A stretch of DNA of 64,000 nt from Bacteroidales bacterium (GCA_015061085.1 SUXG01000007.1:22143-86142), one strand, 5' to 3'; counted from the first letter of the stretch, positions 10,617 to 21,694 are shown. Notes: a model not told the origin generated them from the sequence alone. Made by a program: numbers and translations.

Positions 10617-12566
10617 TTATTTCCAGATAACTTTTGCAATATTTGTATTGTTGCCCTTATTCATGCGAACAACTAATACACCATCAAATACGTCGCCATT
10701 TAATGTCATTGTTTCTGATGACATTACGTAGCTACCGAGAAGTTTACCATCTACTGAAGCGATAGTCACGTTAGTACCTTCTTCAGCAACAACCTTCAAG
10801 TTGTCACCTTCTTGGAATGCGTTATAAGAAGCTGCTGCAACTTCGCCCAAAGAATTTACTTTTGAATATTCTTCATAATGGATCTTATCACCACCGATAA
10901 TCTCACCTGAATTAAGGTCGATCAACAATACTGCTACAGATGTTTTAGTAACATCTTGAACACCAGGACCATTTGCTTTTGTTTGAAGTGGCATTTCGAA
11001 TGTAAGGGTGCTTGTCTTAGGTTCACCCATGTTGAAAGTACCCTTCAACGCACCGGTTGTACCATAATAATCATTATAGATACCGCAAGCTACGTGGTTG
11101 AATTCCATGTCGTAAATCATTGTTGGGCTTTCGCAAATCCATTGGAAATAAGGCCACCATGCTTCACCGTACTGAGAAACGATACTTGCCTTAGATGTAC
11201 CCGCATAATTGTTTGCTTGACACCAAGTCTGAGTATTTGTTCCTGTCAAACCGTCAGCGATAACTACTGCAGCTACACCGATGTTAGGATCTGTCACAGA
11301 ATAACCAAGAGTTGTTTGATAGTTAATAGTTATTGTTTCTGATTCTTCAGGATTATATACTAATTCACCAATTTCAATTTTAGCAGGAGTTTCTTTATTA
11401 ATAAGACGTTTAACTACTGATTCTGTAGCAGGGTCAGTCACTTCAGCACGATTGAATACTGCAGCAGGGAAACCTGTAATACCTTCGTTCAACAATGGTT
11501 CGTAAGACGCAAATTCCATTACACCTGTTGAATAGCCTCCACAGTGAACTGCGATACCGATGAATTGGTCACCGTATGTTGCAGAGAAATAGTCAAGAGC
11601 GGCAATACCACGAGTACAATATCCACAATATTCACCTGTTGCTTCTTCCATTACACAAACACCCGGATAAGTATTCGCCAATGCAAATGTTCCTTTTACT
11701 GTAGTAGGGATTGCGCCTTCTGCATTTGGAGTAATTGTAACAGTGTATGAAACAGCTTCACCAATTCTATTTACTGAAAGAGGTTTAAATGTCGGTCTTG
11801 TTGATGAATAACTTGACTTAAGATTCTTTTCTACAACAACTTCTTCTTCTACTCCTGTATTTGTAGTTAATTTAGCTGTGTAACCACTACATGCGAATGG
11901 AGTCTTGATTTGTACTGTAAGATCCAATTTAGTTTCACCAGCTTCCAATGTGAATGACGGTGTCTGGTTTGTTACTGCGATATCATATTGACAAATCTTA
12001 ATATCTGAAAAACCTAACATAAAGGCATTATTAGACGCATTTACAAACGCAATGTAAATCTTTTGACCTGCGTAACCTTCAAGATTGTGGCGGTTGGTAC
12101 GTTGTGTAGCAGCACCATTACCTTTAAGTTTTGCATCATAGATAGGAGCTTCAACGAAGTCTTCACGCTTGTTGCCTGTTGTAGATACATACACTGCGTA
12201 ATTGCTATCTGTATCTGCACCATATGCCATAACTGTGTAAACCAACATAGCCGCATCTACCGGCACTTCAATTGCCGGTGTAACAAGCCATTCATCAACT
12301 ACACCACCCTCTTGTGTCCATGAGTTTGACATTGCAAACACTGTACCATCACTAAATTTCAATGCTTGGTATGGATCTCCACCAACAGGGAAGTAAGCTT
12401 GAGCTTGATCAGCTGCTGTCTTACCTGCACCAAATTGTGTCCAACCTTCAGGAATACCATTGCTGAAGTCTTCTGAGAAGTAATTCAAATCAGGGTTTGT
12501 AACTACTGCGGCATTAGCAACAAATACTGCCACCATTGCCATAATTGAAAGTAAGATTTTCTTCAT
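10617..12566 (-). CDS. Secreted surface protein: cleaved-adhesin-like domain, Omp28/thioredoxin-like domain, probable T9SS C-terminal domain
   Basis: Signal peptide; FSEDFSNGIPEGW, DEWLVTP and YVSTTG..YAGQKIYIAF (cleaved adhesin); EEATGEYCGYC (Omp28-like CxxC); C-terminal SVDGKLL...KVIWK. Confidence 0.8.
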   Translation of the reverse strand: MKKILLSIMAMVAVFVANAAVVTNPDLNYFSEDFSNGIPEGWTQFGAGKTAADQAQAYFPVGGDPYQALKFSDGTVFAMSNSWTQEGGVVDEWLVTPAIEVPVDAAMLVYTVMAYGADTDSNYAVYVSTTGNKREDFVEAPIYDAKLKGNGAATQRTNRHNLEGYAGQKIYIAFVNASNNAFMLGFSDIKICQYDIAVTNQTPSFTLEAGETKLDLTVQIKTPFACSGYTAKLTTNTGVEEEVVVEKNLKSSYSSTRPTFKPLSVNRIGEAVSYTVTITPNAEGAIPTTVKGTFALANTYPGVCVMEEATGEYCGYCTRGIAALDYFSATYGDQFIGIAVHCGGYSTGVMEFASYEPLLNEGITGFPAAVFNRAEVTDPATESVVKRLINKETPAKIEIGELVYNPEESETITINYQTTLGYSVTDPNIGVAAVVIADGLTGTNTQTWCQANNYAGTSKASIVSQYGEAWWPYFQWICESPTMIYDMEFNHVACGIYNDYYGTTGALKGTFNMGEPKTSTLTFEMPLQTKANGPGVQDVTKTSVAVLLIDLNSGEIIGGDKIHYEEYSKVNSLGEVAAASYNAFQEGDNLKVVAEEGTNVTIASVDGKLLGSYVMSSETMTLNGDVFDGVLVVRMNKGNNTNIAKVIWK

Positions 12567-12839
12567 ATGATTTATTAATTAGTTAATATTATTCATTTTG
12601 AAGTAGCAATTATTTTTAACTAAATTCTACAACATTTGTATTATTTTGAAAAAGTCACTACTATTCAAGCCACAAAGATAAACAACATATTTCAAAATAC
12701 CAAAAATATACTTTTATCCGCAGGTATATTTTTTATTTTTTTAACTATGTCAAAAACTATCACATCTTTTCCATACTCCGACCGGGCTGCAATAATCGCC
12801 GACCGGAATATCCTTGAGACCTTGAAATCAGTGTTTGTA

Positions 12840-15800
12840 TCATTTGACTTCTATGAGTCTACCTTCCGAATGCGCCACCAGTGACGAAGCATATAAGCAC
12901 TGAGCCACAGCGATTCCCAACGAGTAATCACCCTCTTGACTGACATAGCAATCATAGCTCAAGACATGTGTACCCTTTGGCAGATGAGTTATCATCAGAT
13001 TAGTCTCAGCCGTCCTGACCTCTCTATATGCCAACACGCCATCTTGCCACACTCTGCCTGATGTTTGGTCGACTGGTTCAAGACATGCCGAACGTCCATC
13101 TTTGACTAACACATATTCCATGTCTCGCTTGGCAACCACTGTCAGTTGTACTCTCACTTTTTGACCGACCTTTATCGCTTCACACGGTTTTACCGACTTG
13201 GCATTATCACCATCTATTAAGAGTATTTCCTTCGATATTGAGAGATCGTCGATTGAAGCAGCTTTGACATCGACTATCGGTGCAACGTATTGCGATACGA
13301 CACTACCCCACCACGGATTATCACCATCGGTCTTTATATAAATCTCACTACCCTCAGCATTATTTAGTTCAATACGGTAACTTCCTGTCAATTCTTCACG
13401 CTTGGTTGGCTCATATTGCTGTGCGCCAATCCACACCTGAGAGCGAGAACGTTCTGAAATCCAGTCCGACCCTGTCGTCAATATCGCATATACGACATGG
13501 AGCGTTTCCGAATTTTCACCCCAGTTTTGGGCCTGACGCTGTATTAATAGCCACTGACGCAACTCATCAATTAATACATCTGTCGGCACAATCTCATGAA
13601 ATGCCATAAGCACCCACGCAGTAGTCGATAGTTTGCTATATCTGTAACCAAGGTTGTCGTAGTATGCGCCCCTATGCTCGGTCCTAATCGCATATTGTCG
13701 CAACGACTCAATTATCTGCAACGACTCTTCACTATAGCCTTCACGAGACAACAAGAGTGCCGCCATAGCCTTGTCGTAAATACCAAATTCTTTCCACTCC
13801 GACTTGATAGCCATGAGTACTTTAGCTTTCAACTCAGTAAAGAGAGGATTGTTGTCGCCGGCTTTGAGATTGCTCTTTATAAACAAGTATCTTAGTAGTG
13901 ACAAAGTTGAAAATCTCTTATTCTTACTATAGGAGTTGAGAATATCTGCCTCGACGAAATCAATCCCCTTGTTAATCATCGATCTCAACTCAAGCGATTG
14001 GTCAAGAAAATCCATATCAATCAATAGAGCCAAATCGCCAAGCACCTCTGTTGTAAGATAGACAGATGGTTGAGCACCATTATACCAACACCAGCCACCG
14101 TTTGGACTCTGCAATTTGCGGATTTGCTTTGTCAATTCCCTTATCAGCACTGCATTCTTTTCGGCATTCAAGATTGTAGATAAGCTCTGCATTCTTGAAG
14201 ACTCGTTGCGAGCATCAATCTGCCAAATAGTATTATCCAAATCGGTCACTTTCAAGTCACTATCGACACTAAGCGACGACTGCAACACTGATATACTATC
14301 CACCGGTTGCTCTGCCATTAATTCACTCAACGCTTCACACACTTGTGGGAATCGTCGAGCAATGCCGTCAGCAGTCGCATTTGCCACCAGCGCAGTAGTC
14401 AATCCGGTCACGGTGTTCGATGTCGGACGAGCTATCGACGGAAGTGCTGTCACACATTCCCAAATCGGATTGTCACACATCATCAGTGTCATCTTTCCTT
14501 GATGTGCGTCTTCGCCCAACTGATAGCTAAACTCTGTCTGACCGGCATTGAGATAAAACGGCACTGATTCCACGACAGGCGTTGACGACGGCAACACTGC
14601 TATCCTTGCACGCTCTCCATCGCTAAAACTATTATTTATCGAGAAAGCATATACCTCATAAACCAGACTTGAAATAGTGTCCGGTACCTCAAAATCAATT
14701 CCATACACTTCAGATGACTTCGGCTCTATCAATGCTATCTCTGCTTCAAGCGCAGACAACACCCCTCCTGTCACCTCATCTAAAATCCGAATACCTACGC
14801 CGACCTGAGCCACGCTGTCTGTGCTATTGGACACCGTACTTTTAAGCCTGATTACATCACCGATGCGAACAAAGCGTGGTAAGTTGCTTCTGACCATTAT
14901 CGGCTTACTTGAAACGATTTCATCAGAGAAGACGGCACTCTTCATGTTTGGCATGTAGCCCAACAAGTTAAGCTTCCAAGTAGTGTCATAATTTGGCACA
15001 TCAAATGTCAACTCTACCTCGCCATTCTCATCGGTCACCAAATCTGTCATAAAAAATGCCGACGGATGCTCCGGCTCCTTAAACTCTACCGCTTCATAAG
15101 CATTAGAGTGCAATGACTTACGACTTGCTGTGCCATACGCCACGACTACCTCATCCATCGCATCTTCAGTTACAATTACGCTTTCGCTATTAGCCATAAA
15201 CAAGCCTCCCCTATATGACACTTTTTGGCCGTTAATTTGTCCATAAAAATTCAACATCGGAGGATTAGCAAATTTGACCTGCGGATAATCATACCACATC
15301 GAACCCATATTGAGATAATTCGATTGATACATAATTCCACCTTGACATGAACGCAAGAAATATGTATACATCGGAATTCCTAATTCATACTCTTTAATCG
15401 AGCACAATGACGCATCAATCATTGATGCTATCACAGGAATATTACCTACCGGCTGATTCTTATAGCTGAATTGAAATCTCCATGACTCAGATTGACCTGA
15501 TGTCAACTTGTCACGAAACGAGGTTGTCTTTATCTCCAGTTGGTCACTTGGCAATATTGTCACCTCATCGGTATATGTCTTACTATTATATACGGCATAA
15601 AACGAGATTCTTACACATTCATAGTCCTTAGGAGAAGCCACTCTGACAGTGTATTTATTCTTTTTCCCTTTCAACCAATAGCTATCGACAATCTTATCAG
15701 TATCGCTGATGACACATAATATATTAGCGTCTTTATAGCTTGTCATCACCTCCACATCACAATAATCTCCAACCGGGGTAATATAATTTCGAGACAACCA

Positions 15801-18329
15801 CAAAGCGGTCGCTATCGGAGGTTGCTTATCTTTGGCGCGATATAATTGCACTTTCTTTTCCTCTACAACAGTGCTATCCGAGAGTAAAATTAGTTTCAAT
15901 TTATATTCCGCTGAAGGAATATTTCCGACAGGTAGTGACAATGTCGGACTCATGAATACCCCCTCTCTTACGACTTCTGACTCAGCATTAACCAATTGAA
16001 ATTTCACCTCCTTATTCACAGGGCTATCCATTATAGACATCACATTGACAGGCAGCGTAATATTCTTGGCATCTACGCAGATTTTAGCTTCTACGTCACT
16101 TGTGTCGATACGATATGCATTCCCGATTGCAAGGCGACGAGATTTTGACTTCTGCGTATCACCGGCTTCAGATGTGGCTGTCGCTGTCATTGTGTAGCAT
16201 CCACGAGCAAAAGTTGTGCTTTTGAGACCATCAGTATCGAGTTCAATTCTAAATTGTCCGCTCGCATCAGTAACGGTCCTTTCCATGTGACTTGCATTCG
16301 ATTGTGCTCTCCACCATCCGACATAACTAATGTCGACCGACACATTAGCATTAGCCAATGGCATGCCTGAATAAGTCACAACTTTTCCACTCACGACCAG
16401 TTTATCACCCACTTGCAACTCCGACACTAAATTATCAAGTTCAACGTAGAATGTCGGTGTCTTATAGTCTTCTACTTGAAATGAATGCGATTCATACTTA
16501 TTGGCTATTCTTAACTGAAACGTACCGCGCACTCCATCACTCGGCAAGACATATTGTCCACAAGCTCTACCTAACGAGTCTGTAGTGAACGATGTCTTTT
16601 CAATCAACATTCCGTCTGCACCGTAAAGTTCTATTAAGTCGGAATGACCGGCAAAGAGGCTTAACTTGTTGATAGAATCATTGTAGGCTACAATTACAAA
16701 TTTGACGGTGTCACCCGGATGATATATCGGCAAGTCGGTCATAATCTCATACCTCACCCCTTTTTTAAAGCCATAATTACTCGGCACATAAAAATCATCC
16801 GACACTTTATCCTTGCCATTTATCAGAGTATAATTCACCTTTTTATTTCCTCTGAATGACACGCTGCCTTCGGCATCTGTGGTCAGACTCCTGCTCAAAG
16901 TCCTTACTGTCACACCTTCCATTGGCTTCCCTGTATCGGCGTTGACAACATATAGTCTGCAATCGTTCTTGATATCCGACAGATAAATGGCACTCATATC
17001 GGTGACCACAAAAGGATGATATTTCGATAAATTAAAATCTGAAGGATTATCATATTCGGTCAGTACGCGGACCATATATGTACCATAGTCTATTCGTCCT
17101 AAATTCACCTTTTCAATTGAGTTTATTGCAGTAAGTCTATCCTTTCTTACCAAAATAGAATCTGCTTTTAACAATTGCAAATCATTCTTTTTTAGCTTAT
17201 AGAAAGATTTACCATCGAAATTTGGATTGATAGCATAGACTTCAACCACAAATTGCTCTATATTCTTATAGTCAACCTCTATATCGATATCGTCTTTCAA
17301 CATGTAGTAATATCTCATGCTGTGCAGTTCTGCAGTCGGTTTGGTCAAGGTCTTTACAATTTCCTTGATTGCGTCGGACCTATACGACTCAGCAAATCTG
17401 TGCAAATAGTCTTGACATTTGTGCAGAAACTCATCAGCTCGTTTCTCGCCCAATTCTCGGACTTCCAAGAGAAATTCTGCCGAATATTCAGAATGAGAAT
17501 ACTTTTCGTAGCCTTCATGCATCAGCTCATTATAATCCTTCGAATCATCGACGTATTTTGCTCTCTCAATGATAGCTTTTATCTCAGCAGCCACTTCGCC
17601 TCGCTCGGCATGCATCCTCACAAGCGAGTCAATCAGCTGCTCAATACGCTTCTCAGCCACAACGCTCGGGTCGAGTTTGTCGTCTGATTTGCCAAATGGT
17701 ATCACCATTGACTCCGTAAACGATGATAGCAACTCGATTGCGTTATATGCCACCATGTCGTAAAGCGTAGGATAAAACAATTCTTGCTCGCTGTCCAACC
17801 CTGTTAGCACCGACTTATAGTTGCCTATCGGTCGATTGATTAGCAACTCGCTATCAGCAGTCGCAAGACTTGTCAAATCTATAATTTTTTGAGCGAAGTG
17901 AGTGCGACTCCACTGCCGGCAATCGTCTGGCACAGTCTCAGTCGCCGTACGCTTATTGTACTTGTAACTGTCATAGTCATATATTTTATGATAGAGCATT
18001 GCCTCCGACAGATAAAGTAACGAGCGAATATCTGACGGTTGATCTGCTACCAACGAGTCAATCATAGCTATCGCAGACACAATCGTATCGGTCGATAACG
18101 CACAGCGAGCCGCCGATATCTGAAGCACCGAGCGAGTCACTCCGAGTCCATCGCCATCAGCCAACGCACGCTGCAATTCAGCCTGTGCATTCTGCTCCAC
18201 TTGTTGCGGATAAGCCATATCTACCTTGCTACCTTCTGCCTGACCGGCAGCAAACCCCTCCACCGATAATTTTAGCAAAAAGGTTGTAGCCACCAACGTC
18301 GCCACAACCCTCTTTATAATTTGATTCAT
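12840..18329 (-). CDS. Alpha-2-macroglobulin family protein
   Basis: 1829 aa; TDLPIYHPGDTVKF (MG2), FQVEDYKTPTF, SNLPRFVRIGD, LQSPNGGWCWY, C-terminal receptor-binding-like domain. Confidence 0.92.
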   Translation of the reverse strand: MNQIIKRVVATLVATTFLLKLSVEGFAAGQAEGSKVDMAYPQQVEQNAQAELQRALADGDGLGVTRSVLQISAARCALSTDTIVSAIAMIDSLVADQPSDIRSLLYLSEAMLYHKIYDYDSYKYNKRTATETVPDDCRQWSRTHFAQKIIDLTSLATADSELLINRPIGNYKSVLTGLDSEQELFYPTLYDMVAYNAIELLSSFTESMVIPFGKSDDKLDPSVVAEKRIEQLIDSLVRMHAERGEVAAEIKAIIERAKYVDDSKDYNELMHEGYEKYSHSEYSAEFLLEVRELGEKRADEFLHKCQDYLHRFAESYRSDAIKEIVKTLTKPTAELHSMRYYYMLKDDIDIEVDYKNIEQFVVEVYAINPNFDGKSFYKLKKNDLQLLKADSILVRKDRLTAINSIEKVNLGRIDYGTYMVRVLTEYDNPSDFNLSKYHPFVVTDMSAIYLSDIKNDCRLYVVNADTGKPMEGVTVRTLSRSLTTDAEGSVSFRGNKKVNYTLINGKDKVSDDFYVPSNYGFKKGVRYEIMTDLPIYHPGDTVKFVIVAYNDSINKLSLFAGHSDLIELYGADGMLIEKTSFTTDSLGRACGQYVLPSDGVRGTFQLRIANKYESHSFQVEDYKTPTFYVELDNLVSELQVGDKLVVSGKVVTYSGMPLANANVSVDISYVGWWRAQSNASHMERTVTDASGQFRIELDTDGLKSTTFARGCYTMTATATSEAGDTQKSKSRRLAIGNAYRIDTSDVEAKICVDAKNITLPVNVMSIMDSPVNKEVKFQLVNAESEVVREGVFMSPTLSLPVGNIPSAEYKLKLILLSDSTVVEEKKVQLYRAKDKQPPIATALWLSRNYITPVGDYCDVEVMTSYKDANILCVISDTDKIVDSYWLKGKKNKYTVRVASPKDYECVRISFYAVYNSKTYTDEVTILPSDQLEIKTTSFRDKLTSGQSESWRFQFSYKNQPVGNIPVIASMIDASLCSIKEYELGIPMYTYFLRSCQGGIMYQSNYLNMGSMWYDYPQVKFANPPMLNFYGQINGQKVSYRGGLFMANSESVIVTEDAMDEVVVAYGTASRKSLHSNAYEAVEFKEPEHPSAFFMTDLVTDENGEVELTFDVPNYDTTWKLNLLGYMPNMKSAVFSDEIVSSKPIMVRSNLPRFVRIGDVIRLKSTVSNSTDSVAQVGVGIRILDEVTGGVLSALEAEIALIEPKSSEVYGIDFEVPDTISSLVYEVYAFSINNSFSDGERARIAVLPSSTPVVESVPFYLNAGQTEFSYQLGEDAHQGKMTLMMCDNPIWECVTALPSIARPTSNTVTGLTTALVANATADGIARRFPQVCEALSELMAEQPVDSISVLQSSLSVDSDLKVTDLDNTIWQIDARNESSRMQSLSTILNAEKNAVLIRELTKQIRKLQSPNGGWCWYNGAQPSVYLTTEVLGDLALLIDMDFLDQSLELRSMINKGIDFVEADILNSYSKNKRFSTLSLLRYLFIKSNLKAGDNNPLFTELKAKVLMAIKSEWKEFGIYDKAMAALLLSREGYSEESLQIIESLRQYAIRTEHRGAYYDNLGYRYSKLSTTAWVLMAFHEIVPTDVLIDELRQWLLIQRQAQNWGENSETLHVVYAILTTGSDWISERSRSQVWIGAQQYEPTKREELTGSYRIELNNAEGSEIYIKTDGDNPWWGSVVSQYVAPIVDVKAASIDDLSISKEILLIDGDNAKSVKPCEAIKVGQKVRVQLTVVAKRDMEYVLVKDGRSACLEPVDQTSGRVWQDGVLAYREVRTAETNLMITHLPKGTHVLSYDCYVSQEGDYSLGIAVAQCLYASSLVAHSEGRLIEVK

Positions 18330-18355
18330 ATCACCTACCTAATAAGAATGTCAAT

Positions 18356-18814
18356 CTACTTATGTTTTTTATCCTTCTTTTGCAATTCCATAAGTTTCTT
18401 ATTAAACTTACGTTCAGCCGTTTTCAAGAGATACAATTGTTTATATGACAAGAATGTCTTAAATTGCTCATAATATTTCTTTTCAATTTGCCCTGTAATG
18501 ATTGGCAGATTCAAGACAGCTTCTACAGCACGTTCATACTCAGCCTCTGAGTGTTCACCATCTTCTTTTACTGCTTTCGTAATAGCCTTACAATCCTTAT
18601 GCGCTTGTTTTCGCTCTGATTCCAATTTTGCATATAATTCAAAGAAATTTGTCATTTGCTCATCTGACAATTCAACTTCTTGAGCAAGATATTTATATTT
18701 AAAATCTTGCAATTCTTTTTTCCATTCCTCTTTATTTCCTTTTATCTTCTTATTTTGCGCATAAGTCGGAATGGTCAAAACCATAGCAATTAATAGTATT
18801 ACAATCTTTTGCAT
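18356..18814 (-). CDS. Periplasmic helical protein (Spy/CpxP-like) of the ECF locus
   Basis: Signal peptide, LELSDEQ..FFELY-like motif, charged helices; usual position after a Bacteroidales anti-sigma gene. Confidence 0.6.
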   Translation of the reverse strand: MQKIVILLIAMVLTIPTYAQNKKIKGNKEEWKKELQDFKYKYLAQEVELSDEQMTNFFELYAKLESERKQAHKDCKAITKAVKEDGEHSEAEYERAVEAVLNLPIITGQIEKKYYEQFKTFLSYKQLYLLKTAERKFNKKLMELQKKDKKHK

Positions 18815-18826
18815 AATTATATGATT

Positions 18827-19342
18827 TTAAATATTATCAACATTTTCTTCTGCATCAGCATAACCTATTATCGGCTCCTCAACATCCAATGCAACTTCTA
18901 ATTCTGACAAATCTATTTCGGCATACTCTTCCTCTAATTCATAGTCGAAATCTGCCTCAAACTCTTCAAAATTAGAATATTTTTTTGCAATTTCAGAGAC
19001 AAGTTCATAATCATTGACATTTTCAACAGAAGCTAATTCATCAGCATTTTCCGGGTAAGCTAACGCTTCTGCTACTATTTGAGGTGGATTATCCAACGAC
19101 ACATCAGGCATCGCTGTCATCATGTGAAACATCTTCATCATACACCATATTCCTGCAAACATCGCAGCTAAATAAACATACGGACGCACTCTCTGCCACA
19201 TTGTTAATGGCATAGGCTTTTCAATCTTGCGTTCCGGAAGTGAATCTGATATTTTTGTAAAGATTTCATCAAAATATCCATCAGGCACTTTAAATCCCGG
19301 ATCCTGACCGAATTTATCTTTCAATTTATCTTCCTCTTTCAT
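18827..19342 (-). CDS. Putative anti-sigma factor (single TM)
   Basis: FKVPDGYFD motif followed by one TM (RPYVYLAAMFAG), downstream of the ECF sigma. Confidence 0.75.
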   Translation of the reverse strand: MKEEDKLKDKFGQDPGFKVPDGYFDEIFTKISDSLPERKIEKPMPLTMWQRVRPYVYLAAMFAGIWCMMKMFHMMTAMPDVSLDNPPQIVAEALAYPENADELASVENVNDYELVSEIAKKYSNFEEFEADFDYELEEEYAEIDLSELEVALDVEEPIIGYADAEENVDNI

Positions 19343-19528
19343 CGTCTTACCTCTTTTTGCTTATTATCTTGCTGTTTTGACACTATACTTACAAATTGGT
19401 TTAATTACAATGTAAAAAAATTTTAAAAATATTGTTTTCCCAAAACTTATATTCCACATCAATGTTATAATAGCAAAGATAATCGTTTCATGATGTTAGG
19501 TTAGTTCAAATTACTATGAAAAACACGC

Positions 19529-19561
19529 AAAACAGTCAGTTGAGAAACAGACTGTTTTTTT
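19529..19561. terminator. Terminator-like hairpin downstream of the ECF sigma gene
   Basis: AAAACAGTC ... GACTGTTTT arms with T-tracts. Confidence 0.55.
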
Positions 19562-19651
19562 ATTTATTTTGATTAAATTACTAATCGCGACAATAATTAG
19601 AATCATAAATTATCATCATTAAGCCTATAAAAAGACTATCTGACAACATAA

Positions 19652-20209
19652 TTATAATTCAGAGAAGCGTTCTTCTATTTTCTTTACAGCATGATGATAC
19701 GAAGCTTTCAATGCACCAACTGATGTTCCTAAAATTTCAGATATTTGTTCATATTTCATTTCATCGAAATATCGCATATTGAAAACTAATCTTTGCTTTT
19801 CCGGCAATGAAGCTATTGCCTTGTGCAATTCTATCTTCAATTCATCTCCATCAAAATATTCATCTGCCTCAAGATTATTGAGCAAAAAAGAATCTTCATC
19901 ATCTGTCGAAATATTATTTCTGGCTCGCTCTTTATTGAGGAAGTTTATTGACTCATTGATTGCTATCTTATAAAGCCATGTCGATAATTTTGCATCACCT
20001 CTAAAATAATCCAAATTATTCCATGCTTTTAAAAATGTATTTTGCAAAAGGTCGGAAGCATCATCATGATTTACGACCATTTTTCTTATCTGCCAATATA
20101 TTTGCTCCCCATACATGCGCATCATTGTGTCGAAAGCCTTCGACATTGTAGCCGGATTTTGAAGACTTTCAACTAATTTCTTTTCATCTATGGGTGCAGA
20201 ATATGCCAT
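19652..20209 (-). CDS. ECF RNA polymerase sigma-70 factor (RpoE/SigW-like)
   Basis: Region 2 DASDLLQNTFLKAW..STWLYKIAIN; region 4 LPEKQRLVF..YEQISEILGTSVGALKASYHHA. Confidence 0.95.
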   Translation of the reverse strand: MAYSAPIDEKKLVESLQNPATMSKAFDTMMRMYGEQIYWQIRKMVVNHDDASDLLQNTFLKAWNNLDYFRGDAKLSTWLYKIAINESINFLNKERARNNISTDDEDSFLLNNLEADEYFDGDELKIELHKAIASLPEKQRLVFNMRYFDEMKYEQISEILGTSVGALKASYHHAVKKIEERFSEL

Positions 20210-20302
20210 TGTTTAAAAATTTTCCCAAAGTTACAAAAAATCAATTTAATCATTGCCATAAAATTATAAATCTCAGCTAAAAGCAACTATTTCTAACCAA
20301 TT

Positions 20303-21631
20303 TTAACGACTCTTAACTATATTCTTTAGCAATCTTTTTGTGTACAGACCAAGCATAACACCTCTCAACAACAGATAAGTCAAGAACGCAATCCACAATG
20401 TATGATTTTGTGGCAAATCAATTAAATTGCCACCAAACGGATGAATAAAACAAATCGATAAAAATGTCATAGCCGACAAAAACGTCGCTAGTAACATTTG
20501 ACGAGTCGCTGTCAATCCTATATAAATACCATCATATATAAATGCTGCGACTGTAGCTATTGGAATTAATTTCAACCATAAACTATAATTATCAACAGTA
20601 GCAATTACATTCTCTTCGTTTGTTATGAATGAGACTATGAATTTATATCCACCTATATATATAATCGTAAATATGCTCGCCACACCCAATGCCCAAAGGA
20701 GTAATCTATTTATCACTCGTTTTAAACTCTGAACATCTCTTGCACCGACAAATTTTCCGGACAATGCTTCTGCAGCAAATGCAAATCCATCCATAAAATA
20801 AGAAAACAAAATAAAAAATTGCATTATAATCGCATTTGCAGCCAACGTCAGTGCTCCTAATTGTGCTCCTATAGAGGTTACTGTGAGTGACACTGCCATA
20901 ATACATGCCGACCGGAACATAATATCAGTATTAACTTTGAAAAATCTGCCCATATCCGATAATTGCAAAATATCTGTTCGACATATCCTCGGAAATCTCC
21001 ATTTATAAAATTTCAACACGTAAAGCACAGCTATCCCCACTCCGACCCAATTGGAAATCATCGTTCCATAAGCCACACCTTCAAAACCCATATTAAAAAG
21101 AAAAACAAAACATAGACTTAAAATGATATTCACTATATTTACCGATACAGAAATTATCATAGGGATTAGTGTGTTTTGAACGCCTAAAAACCACCCCATC
21201 ACAGCCATATTGAATAATAATGCCGGAGCTCCCCATATACAGATATTAAAATAATCTGCAGCATAATCAGCCACTTGACCGTCCGGAGAAATTAGCAACA
21301 GCAACAACCAACGTATCGGAATATGCAAAAGTAATATAACTACTCCTAGTATCAAACCTAATCCACACGCTCTAACCAACAATTTCCTACACTCATCATT
21401 ATCACTGGCACCGTATGCCTGAGCTGTCAGTCCGGTCGTACCCATTCGCAAAAAACCAAATAGCCAAAACACGACATTAAACATCATTGTCCCTACGGCT
21501 ATTGCCCCAATATAGAGTTCAGAACCAAGATGGCCTGAAATAGTAGTATCTGACAAACCAAGTATTGGCACTGTAATATTACTTATTATCGCAGGAATAC
21601 TTAGGCGTAATATTTCTTTATTTAATTTCAT
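20303..21631 (-). CDS. MATE family efflux transporter (DinF-like)
   Basis: SNITVPILGLSDT, FGFLRMGTTGLTAQAYG, SYFMDGFAFAAE; about 12 TM. Confidence 0.93.
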   Translation of the reverse strand: MKLNKEILRLSIPAIISNITVPILGLSDTTISGHLGSELYIGAIAVGTMMFNVVFWLFGFLRMGTTGLTAQAYGASDNDECRKLLVRACGLGLILGVVILLLHIPIRWLLLLLISPDGQVADYAADYFNICIWGAPALLFNMAVMGWFLGVQNTLIPMIISVSVNIVNIILSLCFVFLFNMGFEGVAYGTMISNWVGVGIAVLYVLKFYKWRFPRICRTDILQLSDMGRFFKVNTDIMFRSACIMAVSLTVTSIGAQLGALTLAANAIIMQFFILFSYFMDGFAFAAEALSGKFVGARDVQSLKRVINRLLLWALGVASIFTIIYIGGYKFIVSFITNEENVIATVDNYSLWLKLIPIATVAAFIYDGIYIGLTATRQMLLATFLSAMTFLSICFIHPFGGNLIDLPQNHTLWIAFLTYLLLRGVMLGLYTKRLLKNIVKSR

Positions 21632-21694
21632 AAAGCAAAGATACTCATAATTCAGTAAAAAAGCATTAATTTTGCGCTTTAAAACGATAAGACA

